Source of the DNA: an uncultured virus (IMG/VR IMGVR_UViG_3300047567_000019)
Taxonomy: Duplodnaviria; Heunggongvirae; Uroviricota; Caudoviricetes
Virus record (IMG/VR): IMGVR_UViG_3300047567_000019
Strand: one strand, 5' to 3'
Length of the DNA stretch: 20,000 bases
A model generated the notes under the pieces. The model saw only the letters and a program-made list of their open reading frames with translations. It was not told the DNA's origin and ran no database searches. Of the stretch, positions 10,630 to 20,000 are shown piece after piece. The first letter of the stretch is position 1. Every line of letters starts with the position of its first letter. The position numbers and the translations under genes are program-made.

Positions 10630-13600
10630 ATGAGGATACAATACAAACATCAAAAATTCCAAGCTGATGCTGCCAAGGCGGTCGTGGATGTTTTTGCAGG
10701 CCAGCCTTATCTGACGCCTACCTACATGATGGATAGAGGAACCGGTACATTTCAGATTGGAATGAATGAGGAACAGAGACTACACTGGTTGGAGTAATCA
10801 GAAGATTGTGCCGGAGCTTTCCGACCATCTGATTCTGGAGCATATACAGAAAATTCAGCGTACAAATCAGATCCAGCCTTCTTCAAAGCTGGAAGGCCGC
10901 AGCGACGGTTTCAATCTCACCATCGAGATGGAGACAGGTGTCGGCAAGACCTATACCTATATCAAGACGATGTATGAGCTGAACCGCGCCTATGGCTGGA
11001 GCAAGTTCATCATCGTGGTGCCGAGCATCGCTATCCGCGAGGGTGTATATAAGTCCTTCCAGATGACGCAGGAGCACTTTGCGGAGGAGTACGGAAAGAA
11101 AATACGCTTTTTCATCTATAACTCTGCGCAGCTCACGGAGATTGACCGCTTTGCCTCCGACAGCTCCATCAATGTCATGATCATCAATTCGCAGGCGTTC
11201 AATGCCAAGGGCAAGGATGCAAGGCGTATTTATATGAAGCTGGACGAGTTCCGCAGCCGTCGCCCGATTGACATCATTGCAAAGACGAATCCGATTCTGA
11301 TCATCGACGAGCCGCAGTCTGTGGAAGGTAAGCAGACAAAGGAGCGCCTGAAAGAGTTCCAGCCGCTGCTCACGCTCCGCTATTCTGCTACGCATAAGTC
11401 GGACAGCATTTACAACATGATTTATCGTCTGGACGCGATGGAGGCATACAACAAGCGTCTGGTTAAGAAGATCGCCGTTAAGGGTATCACCGAGACCGGC
11501 AGCACGGCTACGGACAGCTATCTCTATCTGGAAGGCTTGAATCTTTCCAAGGGTGATCCTACTGCTACGCTGCAGTTTGAGGTCAAGATGGCCAGCGGCA
11601 CTCCAAAGAAAAAGAGCCGCGTCGTGAAAATCGGAGATAATCTCTACGACTATTCCGGCGGGCTGGAAGAATACAAAAATGGCTTTGTGGTCAAGCAGAT
11701 TGATGGCCGCGACGACTCCGTGGAGTTCCTGAACGGCATCAAGATTTACGCCGGTGACGTGATGGGTGCGGTCGATGAAGACCAGCTGCGTCGCATTCAG
11801 ATCAGAGAGACGATCCTGTCACATATCCAGAGAGAACGTCAGCTCTTCTATAAGGGCATAAAAGTGTTGTCTCTGTTCTTTATCGATGAGGTTGCAAACT
11901 ATAGAGAGTATGATGCCGCAGGCCAGCCGGTGAACGGAAAGTACGCCAGAATGTTTGAAGAGGAGTACGAGGACATCATCAGCAATATGCAGCTTAGTAT
12001 AGGCGAGGACGAATACATCAAATACCTGCAGAGCATCAAGGCTTCAAAGACTCACGCGGGATATTTCTCCGTGGACGGAAAAGGCAAGATGATCAACTCC
12101 AAGGTCGGTCGTAAAGAAACTACCTCGGACGACGTGAGCGCCTACGAGCTGATCATGAAGAACAAGGAGCTGCTTCTTGATCGTGATCCGAAGAAGTCTC
12201 CGGTGCGCTTCATCTTTTCACACTCCGCTCTGCGTGAAGGATGGGACAATCCTAATGTGTTCCAGATCTGCACGCTGAAGCAGTCCAGCAGCGATGTTCG
12301 TAAGCGTCAGGAAGTAGGCCGTGGCCTGCGCCTTTGCGTCAATCAGGATGGTGAGCGTATGGATACCAATGCGCTCGGAAACGACGTTCATAACGTGAAT
12401 GTCCTGACGGTTATCGCCAGCGAGAGCTACGATTCCTTTGCCAAAGGCCTGCAAACCGAAATGGCTGATGCCGTTGCTGACAGACCGCGTGCTGTTACAG
12501 TTGATCTTTTCGTTGGCAAGGTCATCAAGGACGACAAGGGTAATGAGCAGGTTATCGATCAGGATACTGCTTCCGCAATACACTACGACATGATCGTTAA
12601 CGGTTATATCGACCGTAAGGGCGTCCTGACAGATAAGTATTACGAGGATAAGGCAAACGGAGAAATCAAGGTCGCAGAGGAAGTGGCTGATTCCGCAGCC
12701 TCTGTTATTGAGATTGTTGACTCCATTTACGATGCCCGCAGCATGCAGCCTGAGAATGCCCGCAGCAATAACGTCGAGCTTCAGGTCGATGAAGAGAAAC
12801 TGGCTATGCCGGAATTCAAAGCGCTGTGGTCAAAGATCAATGCTAAGTCCGTATATGTTGTTGATTTTGATACCGACGAGCTGATCAGGAAGTCTATCGC
12901 TTCCCTTGACTCCAAGCTGCGCGTTTCAAAGATTTATTTCCGGGTAGAATCCGGTGCTATGGATACCATCAAGTCCAAGGAGGAGCTGGTCTCCGGAGCT
13001 TCCTTCGTAAAGGAAGAGTCTGCCAGCTACGGTGTGACCATCACGGCAAACTCGAATGTAAAATATGACCTCATCGGAAAGCTGGTGGATGAGACCGGCC
13101 TTACCCGTAAAGCGGTTATTGCAATCCTTCAGGGTATCCAGCCGTTCGTGTTCGACCAGTTTAAGGATAATCCGGAGGAATTTATCGTCAAGGCCGCTGC
13201 GCTGATCAATGACGAGAAGGCCACGGCAATCATTGAGCACATCACCTACGACGTGCTGGATGAGCATTACGGCATGGATGTTTTCACCGATCCTACCATC
13301 AAGGGCAAGCTGGGCGTTAATGCGATGAAGGCAAAGAAGCACTTGTACGATCACATCGTTTATGATTCCTCGAACGAGCGCGACTTCGCCACAGACCTTG
13401 ATACGAATACCGACGTCGCGGTTTACGTGAAGCTGCCAGACGGTTTCTATATCTCCACTCCGGTCGGGCATTACAATCCGGACTGGGCGATTGCTTTCTA
13501 TGAGGGGAAGGTAAAACACATATACTTCGTGGCAGAGACGAAGGGCTCCATGAGCTCGATGCAGCTGCGTCTGATCGAGGAGTCTAAGATTCACTGCGCA

Positions 13601-13690
13601 AGAGAACACTTTAAGGCCATCTCCAATGGGAATGTGGTATACGACGTGGTTGATAGCTACAAGTCCCTGCTGGAGAAGGTAATGAAATAA
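10630..13690 (+). CDS. res: Type III restriction endonuclease (Res subunit); one frameshift near 10765
   Basis: SD AAGGAGGT, ATG 10630 (MRIQYKHQKFQADAAKAVVDVFAGQ). Motifs EMETGVGKT, IIDEPQ, RYSATH, FIFSHSALREGWDNPNVFQIC, QEVGRGLR and the nuclease motif YNPDWAI...VAETKG. Confidence 0.95.
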
Positions 13691-13695
13691 CGCTT

Positions 13696-13893
13696 ATGAA
13701 ACATAAAGTGAAGGTGAAGGTTCCTGTCGAAAAGCGTGGACTCTTCGGAATAAAGAAAACTGTCATGGAGACGCGCACGATAGAGGTGGACGGCAAAACG
13801 TATAAGAAAATGCAGCAGGAAAAGAAAAATCGCCCGTACAGCATCGAGGAGATGATGCTGTACGACGAGATTTTTGACGAATGGGATGACTGA
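13696..13893 (+). CDS. Small hypothetical protein, 65 aa (basic N-terminus, acidic C-terminus)
   Basis: ATG lies 5 nt after the res stop; protein-like composition. No strong SD and no recognisable domain. Confidence 0.55.
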   Translation: MKHKVKVKVPVEKRGLFGIKKTVMETRTIEVDGKTYKKMQQEKKNRPYSIEEMMLYDEIFDEWDD

Positions 13894-13895
13894 GT

Positions 13896-13960
13896 AAACC
13901 TTTTAAGGTTTCCTACACAATTTAAGGATACCCATACTTTTTAAGGATTGCCCTTTAGGG
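13896..13960. repeat. Three imperfect 19-bp tandem repeats starting TTTAAGG, the first overlapping a perfect inverted repeat
   Basis: TTTAAGG begins at 13902, 13921 and 13940 (exact 19-bp period), with a TTTAGGG variant at 13954. AAACCTT-TT-AAGGTTT inverted repeat at 13896-13911. Confidence 0.8.
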
Positions 13961-13985
13961 GTTTCGGAAAGGAGGCACAGCCGGA

Positions 13986-15050
13986 ATGAGCACAGCGACA
14001 GCAAGAGCATATCGGAGCAATTTCGCAGGCCGGTTTATGCCCTCCGGAAGCGCAAAAGCCCTGAAATCAAGCCTTTTCTACGGGTATCCGAGCACATATT
14101 CGCGGAAAGCACATTGTATCAAAGATAGAGTCTTGTTAGATCCTTGCTGCGGTTCTGGAGGTATGTTTGTTCAGTCTGCAAAATTCATTCAGGCTCATTC
14201 AAACAATCGTGGAGCTATTTCTATCTATGGTCAGGAAGCAAACCCTGATACTTGGAAGATGGCCATCATGAACCTTACTATTCGTGGTCTTGATGCCGAT
14301 TTGGGATCATATCATGCAGATACCTTTACCAATGACCTGCATCCGACATTGAAGGCAGACTTTATACTTGCTAATCCGCCTTTCAACTATAACCCGTGGG
14401 GTCAGGATAAGCTCACTGAAGACGTTCGATGGAAGTATGGACTTCCTCCGGCAAGTAATGCCAACTTTGCATGGATTCAGCACATGATCCATCACCTTGC
14501 ACCGAACGGCAAAATTGGACTTGTTCTGGCAAACGGTGCACTTTCATCCCAGAGCGGCGGTGAAGGTGAAATCAGAAAGAAGATTATTGAGGATGACCTG
14601 ATCGAGGGCATCATTGCTATGCCTACACAGCTTTTCTATAGCGTTACGATTCCGGTCACACTCTGGTTTATCACAAAGGGCAAGAAACAGAAAGGCAAAA
14701 CGGTCTTTATTGATGCTCGTAAGATGGGGCACATGGTAGACCGTAAGCACAGGGACTTTACCGATGAAGATATTCGGAAACTGGCGGATACTTTCGAGGC
14801 CTTCCAGAACGGAACCCTTGAGGATGAAAAAGGCTTCTGTGCTGTAGCTTCTCTACAGGATATCGCTAAGCAAGACTATATTCTGACACCGGGACGCTAT
14901 GTTGGCATCGAAGAGCAGGAAGATGACGGCGAACCTTTTGAAGAAAAGATGACTCGTCTGACTTCTGAGCTTTCGGAGATGTTTGAGGAGTCCCACGAAC
15001 TCGAAGATGAGATTAGAAGGAAGCTGGGGGCGATTGGGTATGAAATCTGA
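13986..15050 (+). pseudogene. hsdM: 5'-truncated Type I R-M methyltransferase (HsdM); HsdM-like part 14139-15050 fused in frame to 51 unrelated codons
   Basis: DPCCGSGGMFVQS (motif I), YGQE, ANPPFN (motif IV), NANFAWIQH, LTPGRYVG. The N-terminal helical domain and the GEFYTP region of HsdM are missing. Confidence 0.85.
14111..14160. other. Putative attachment (att) junction between the element end and the hsdM 3' half
   Basis: acattgtatcaaagatagagtcttgtta|gatccttgctgcggttctgg: the left side encodes HCIKDRVLL where HsdM normally has (G/C)RVY; the right side encodes DPCCGSG. The exact crossover position is uncertain by a few bases. Confidence 0.55.
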
Positions 15051-16170
15051 ATGGAACACAAAGATGCTATCAGACATCGCCGATTTTAATCCAAGAGAAA
15101 GACTATCTAAAGGGACAATAGCTAAGAAGATTTCTATGGATATGCTTCAGCCCTACTGCAGAGACATTCCTTCGTTTGAATTAACAGCATTTACCGGAGG
15201 AACTAAGTTCCGCAACGGCGATACGATTATGGCAAGAATTACGCCCTGTCTTGAAAATGGTAAAACAGCACAGGTGAGCATTCTTGATGATGATGAAGTT
15301 GGATTTGGATCTACAGAGTACATTGTATTCCGCGCTAAGGAAGGAATTTCAGATCCGGATTTCATATATTATCTGGTTTGCAGTCCTCTTGTACGAGAAC
15401 CGGCTATTAAATCAATGGTCGGCTCATCAGGAAGGCAAAGAGTACAAACTGATGTAGTTCAGAGATTGGAGGTACAGGTTCCGCCGCTTGAAGAACAGCA
15501 AAAGATTGCAGGTGTTCTTAGAGCGCTGGATGATAAAATAAAGCTTAATAATGAGATAAACAAGAATTTAGAGGAGCAGGCATCAGCTATCTATCAGGCA
15601 TGGTTTGAGGACTTTACCCCTTTCGATGGCAACTGCCCGGCAGAATGGAAGCAAGGTGTTTTATCTGATATAGCTAATGTTACAAGTGGCAAGCGTCCTC
15701 CTATGAAATCTGCCGAAAAGACAGATATTGCCCCAATTCCTCTCGTAGGTGCGGCATCGGTCATGGGATTTACCAGCGAATCAAATCACGTTGATAAAAT
15801 ACTTGTCACTGGTCGTGTTGGAACTCACGGAGTCGTTCAGAGATTCAGTACTCCATGCTGGACATCTGATAATACCCTCGTCATCACCAGTGATTTGTAT
15901 GAATATACATATCAGATTCTTCAGAGAATCGACTATCATGCCATGAATCGGGGTTCCACACAGCCTCTGATTACACAAGGCGACATGAACAAAGTGGCTA
16001 TTCTAATTCCAGATCGACAAACACTTGATGATTTTGAAGCGCTTGTAGGCCAACTGATGCTGCAATGTGAGGCTAACCTTCTGGAAAACGCCAAACTGAC
16101 TGAGCTACGGGATTCATTGCTTCCTCGTCTCATGTCAGGTGAACTGGATGTTTCCGACATTGACTTTTAG
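15040..16170 (+). CDS. hsdS: Type I R-M specificity subunit
   Basis: ATG 15040 overlaps the hsdM end. Two variable TRDs (ARITPCLENGK...GSTEY; GRVGTHG...GSTQPLI) are separated by PPLEEQQKIA...LDDKIKLNNEINKNLEEQA; ends LRDSLLPRLMSGELDV. Confidence 0.95.
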   Translation: MKSEWNTKMLSDIADFNPRERLSKGTIAKKISMDMLQPYCRDIPSFELTAFTGGTKFRNGDTIMARITPCLENGKTAQVSILDDDEVGFGSTEYIVFRAKEGISDPDFIYYLVCSPLVREPAIKSMVGSSGRQRVQTDVVQRLEVQVPPLEEQQKIAGVLRALDDKIKLNNEINKNLEEQASAIYQAWFEDFTPFDGNCPAEWKQGVLSDIANVTSGKRPPMKSAEKTDIAPIPLVGAASVMGFTSESNHVDKILVTGRVGTHGVVQRFSTPCWTSDNTLVITSDLYEYTYQILQRIDYHAMNRGSTQPLITQGDMNKVAILIPDRQTLDDFEALVGQLMLQCEANLLENAKLTELRDSLLPRLMSGELDVSDIDF

Positions 16171-16260
16171 GCCGCTAAATTCTTGTTTGAAACGGATTAT
16201 CAATGAAAATCACCTCTGAGAAGAGGATAATATAAGAAATAAAGTAAAGGAGTGAGACTC

Positions 16261-19200
16261 ATGCCAGGATTCTATACCGAAGCGGATTATGAAAACTCTA
16301 TTATAGAATTATTTGAAAACCTGGGTTATCGTCATGTTTATGCACCTGATTTGGAACGTGACTTCTATAGCCCTTTATATGAAGAAGAACTTGAGTCCGC
16401 GTTACACAGGCTGAATCCAGAAATGCCGGAAGACGCAATTGCGGACGCATTATACAAGCTGAAAAATTTTGAAAACGCGGAGCTTGTACAGAAGAATGCG
16501 TTATTCATGGATTATCTGCAGCACGGAATTGAAGTGCGTTATTTTGTGAAAGGTGAAGAACGTTCCGGCCTGGTTTATCTTGCTGATTACAAGAATCCTG
16601 AGAAAAACTCCTTTGTTGTAGCAAACCAGTGGACTTTTATTGAAAATAGTAATAAACGTCCAGATGTTATCTTGTTCTTAAATGGTTTACCTGTTGTTTT
16701 AATAGAACTTAAATCTCCTTCACGTGAAGAAACAGATGCGTCAGAGGGATACTTGCAGATTAGAAACTATATGCAGGAAATTCCATCGATGTTTATCTAT
16801 AACTGTATTTGTGTAATCAGCGACCATTTGACGAGCAAAGCCGGAACGATTACTTCCGGTGAAGACCGTTTTATGGAATGGAAAACGAAAGATGGCGACT
16901 ACGAGAATACGCAGTACGCTCAGTTTGATACATTTTTTGAGGGGATGTTCATGAAGGAACGTCTGCTCGATATCATTAAGAATTTCATCTGCTTCTCCAA
17001 TGAAGGAATCAAGCAGTTTAAGATATTGGCAGGATACCATCAGTATTTTGCTGTTAGAAAGGCAATTGAATCTACAAAGAAAGCAACAGTCACTGACGGA
17101 AAGGGCGGTGTTTTCTGGCATACACAGGGCAGCGGGAAATCGCTGTCTATGGTCTTTTATGCGCATCTTCTTCAGGAGGCACTAGATAGCCCGACTATCG
17201 TTGTTATTACAGACCGTAACGATCTGGACGATCAGCTCTACGGCCAGTTTGCAAAATGTAAGGATTTTCTGCGTCAAGACCCGGTTCATGCTTCAAGTCG
17301 CGAAAATCTGAAGAACCTGCTTGATGGCAGACAGGCAAACGGCATCATCTTCACAACGATGCAGAAGTTTGAAGAATCTGCTGAGCCACTTTCTGAGCGT
17401 CGGAATATTGTTGTTATGGCTGATGAAGCTCACCGAAGCCAGTATGGCCTGAAGGAAAAGGTTGATGCCAAGACCGGTGAAATCAAGGTGGGAACTGCCC
17501 GTGTTATTCGTGACAGCCTTCCGAATGCTACATATATAGGTTTCACCGGCACGCCGATTGCGGCCAAGGATAGAAATACCCGCGAAGTATTCGGTGATTA
17601 TATTGATATTTATGATATGACACAGGCTGTTGAAGATGGCGCTACAAGGCCGGTTTATTATGAAAGCCGTGTCATTAAGCTGAAGTTTGACGAAGCAACG
17701 CTTCATCTTATTGATCAGGAGTACGACATTATGGCAAATAATGCTGATCCTGAAGTTGTTGAGAAGAGCAAGAAAGAGCTTGGTCAGATGGAGGCAGTTC
17801 TTGGAAACGACGCTACGATTGATTCACTGGTAAGTGACATTATCGACCACTACGAAAATTACCGTGAGGATCTGCTGACCGGTAAGGCGATGATCGTTGC
17901 CTATTCCCGTGCCATTGCCATGAAGATTTATAAGCGCATCCTCGAGTTGCGTCCGGGCTGGACTGAGAAGGTTAAGGTTGTTATGACCGAGAGCAACAAA
18001 GATCCAGAGGAATGGCGTTCAGTTATTGGAAATAAACGCCGCAGAGACGAGCTTGCTAAGGAATTCAAGGACAATGATAGTCCAATGAAAATTGCAATCG
18101 TTGTGGATATGTGGCTGACTGGATTTGATGTGCCTTCCCTTGCCACAATGTACGTGTACAAGCCCATGCAGGGGTATAACTTGATGCAGGCAATTGCACG
18201 TGTTAACCGTGTTTTCCGAGATAAGGAAGGCGGGTTGATTGTCGACTACGTTGGTATCGCATCCGCTTTGAAGCAGGCTATGAATGATTACACAGTTCGT
18301 GATAAAAAGAACTACGGTGATACCGATATTGCTAAGGTTGCTTATCCGAAGTTCCTCGAGAAGCTGGATGTCTGCCGTGATATTTTCCACGGTTACGATT
18401 ATTCAAAGTTCGCAACTGGAACCGATCTGGAAAGATCAAAGGCTATTACCGGCGCCGTGAACTTTATTATGGCGCTTGATAAGGAAGATAAGAAGATTGA
18501 CTTCATAAAGGAATCATTGCTTCTGAAGCAGGCACTGTCGCTTTGCTCTTCTCTTGTAGAGCGTGATCTGCGAGTGGAAGCAGCATTCTTTGAATCTGTA
18601 CGAGTTCTTGTTACTCGCCTAATGAATCAGGGTGACGGTCACAAGGTCAGCCTGAAGGAGATGAATGACCGAATAAATGAACTATTGAAATCAAGTATAA
18701 AGAGTGACGGAGTAATCAATCTCTTTTCGGATGTGAAGGAAGAGTTTTCGCTGTTTGATCCGAAGTTCCTTGAGGAAATTTCCAATATGAAGGAAAAAAA
18801 TCTTGCTGTTGAGCTTTTGAAAAAACTGATTGCTGAACAGGTTAAGGTTTTCCGTAGGACAAATGTTGTGAAATCTGAGAAGTTCAGCGAGCGGATGCAG
18901 AAGGTTATGAATTCCTATCTTAATGGCATGTTATCAAATGAGCAGGTTATAGAAGAACTTTTAAATATGGCAAAACAGATTGCAGCGGCAAATAAGCAGG
19001 CGATGCTCTTGGGCTTACGCCTGATGAATTGGCATTTTATGATGCATTAACAAAACCACAGGCAATAAAAGATTTTTATCAGAACAACGAACTTGTTGCT
19101 ATCACAAAAGAATTGACGGAAACATTGCGAAAAAACCGAACAATAGATTGGCAGAAGCGGGACTCAGCAAGAGCTAAAATGCGTATGATGATAAAACGCC

Positions 19201-19409
19201 TTTTGAAGAAACATAAATATCCGCCGGAAGGTATGGAAGACGCTGTTCAAACTGTTATGACACAGTGTGAGTTATGGACAGATAATAATGAAATGGATAC
19301 AGATATAATATCGTATTCAGAAAGAAAAAATCAGTATAAAGATAATACAGATCAGATGGTAGCGGAGAATTCTGCTCCATATGGTGATGAGGAGGAGGAT
19401 AAGTCATAA
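16261..19409 (+). CDS. hsdR: Type I R-M restriction subunit; one frameshift at ~18995
   Basis: SD AAAGGAG, ATG 16261. RPDVILFLNGLPVVLIELK nuclease motif, WHTQGSGKS, DEAH, GFTGTP, MWLTGFD, QAIARVNR. Restoring one A in 'aataagcagg' joins to ...GDALGLTPDELAFYDAL... (ORF 19029..19409). Confidence 0.93.
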
Positions 19410-19410
19410 T

Positions 19411-20000
19411 ATGGATGCTACAAAAGGTAATATCTACGCTATCTTGAATGGCAACAAACAATTTCTAATTCCGGTGTATCAACGGTATTACAGCTGGGAG
19501 ATAGAACAATGCAGTCGCCTATGGAATGACATTGTCAATATGCAGAAGACAGGCAAGGTGGGACATTTTGTTGGTTCTATCGTTAATATTGCAGAGCAGG
19601 CAATGCCAACAGGTGTTCAGAAATATATGATTATTGATGGACAGCAGCGTTTAACTACACTCAGTTTGCTACTTATTGCACTTCGTAATTATGGAGAAGC
19701 TCTCGCAGAGGATACTACTATTAACTCAAGGCGTATTGATAATATGCTTTTGAAAAACGAGTACGAAGATGGGGACGAGAGGTACAAGTTGCTTCTCACG
19801 GAAACAGACCGTGATTTGCTTATTAGCCTTGTTGAGAAGAAACCTATCAGCGATCCGGGATTATCCCGCATTCTGTCAAATTATAACTTTTTTGCAGGTA
19901 AAATTGCGGATATGGAACTGCAGCCAAAGGATGTCTACGAGGCCATCGGAAAGCTGCAGATTGTCAATATCACATTGGATCGAAACGTTGACGATGCGCA
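19411..20000 (+). CDS. DUF262 (GmrSD-like, modification-dependent restriction family) protein, runs off the window
   Basis: Not in the ORF track because it has no stop in the window. SD GGAGGAGG, ATG 19411: MDATKGNIYAILNGNKQFLIPVYQRYYSW...HFVGSIV...IIDGQQRLTTL, containing the QR and DGQQR motifs of DUF262. Confidence 0.9.
   Translation, partial: MDATKGNIYAILNGNKQFLIPVYQRYYSWEIEQCSRLWNDIVNMQKTGKVGHFVGSIVNIAEQAMPTGVQKYMIIDGQQRLTTLSLLLIALRNYGEALAEDTTINSRRIDNMLLKNEYEDGDERYKLLLTETDRDLLISLVEKKPISDPGLSRILSNYNFFAGKIADMELQPKDVYEAIGKLQIVNITLDRNVDDA

Larger units (their letters stand above)
1..14138. mobile_element. Right arm of a putative integrative element (defence cargo) inserted into hsdM; left boundary outside the window
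   Basis: HsdM similarity begins abruptly at the codon for D of DPCCGSGG (14139); the upstream sequence is not HsdM-like; codon/GC style changes across this point. No integrase is visible in the window, so element status is inferred. Confidence 0.6.

Noticed and set aside
13896..13960. Repeat array as a mini-CRISPR
   Set aside because: The conserved part is only 7 bp with a 19-bp period, far too short for repeat-spacer units, and there are no cas genes.
15040..16260. Invertible hsdS shufflon
   Set aside because: Only one hsdS; no silent TRD copies, recombinase or matching inverted repeat seen in the window.

Overview
All genuine genes lie on the + strand and form a dense anti-phage defence island, probably from a Bacillota/Clostridia-type genome (inferred from gene style and Shine-Dalgarno sites). 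Left block (1-~14138, visibly more GC-rich at third codon positions): two adjacent uncharacterised genes, an excisionase-type HTH gene, an RloC-like zinc-hook ABC ATPase, a PLD-like/SNF2 helicase, DUF4391, a Schlafen/AlbA_2 gene, a Type III R-M pair (mod, res) and a small ORF. This block appears to be the right arm of a mobile element inserted inside a Type I hsdM gene, exactly at the SAM-binding DPCCGSGG motif. Right block: the 3' part of hsdM, hsdS, hsdR and the start of a DUF262 (GmrSD-like) gene. The most striking observation is that the first two genes share a Q-x-G-x-x-N-x-x-IPNYGTVNLT motif, at the C-terminus of gene 1 and the N-terminus of gene 2. Nine of the ten codons of the identical core differ synonymously. 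This is the layout of amyloid/RHIM-like homotypic signalling pairs, here without an NLR partner. Many genes carry single-base frameshifts that look like long-read consensus errors, so CDS boundaries are reconstructed by eye.
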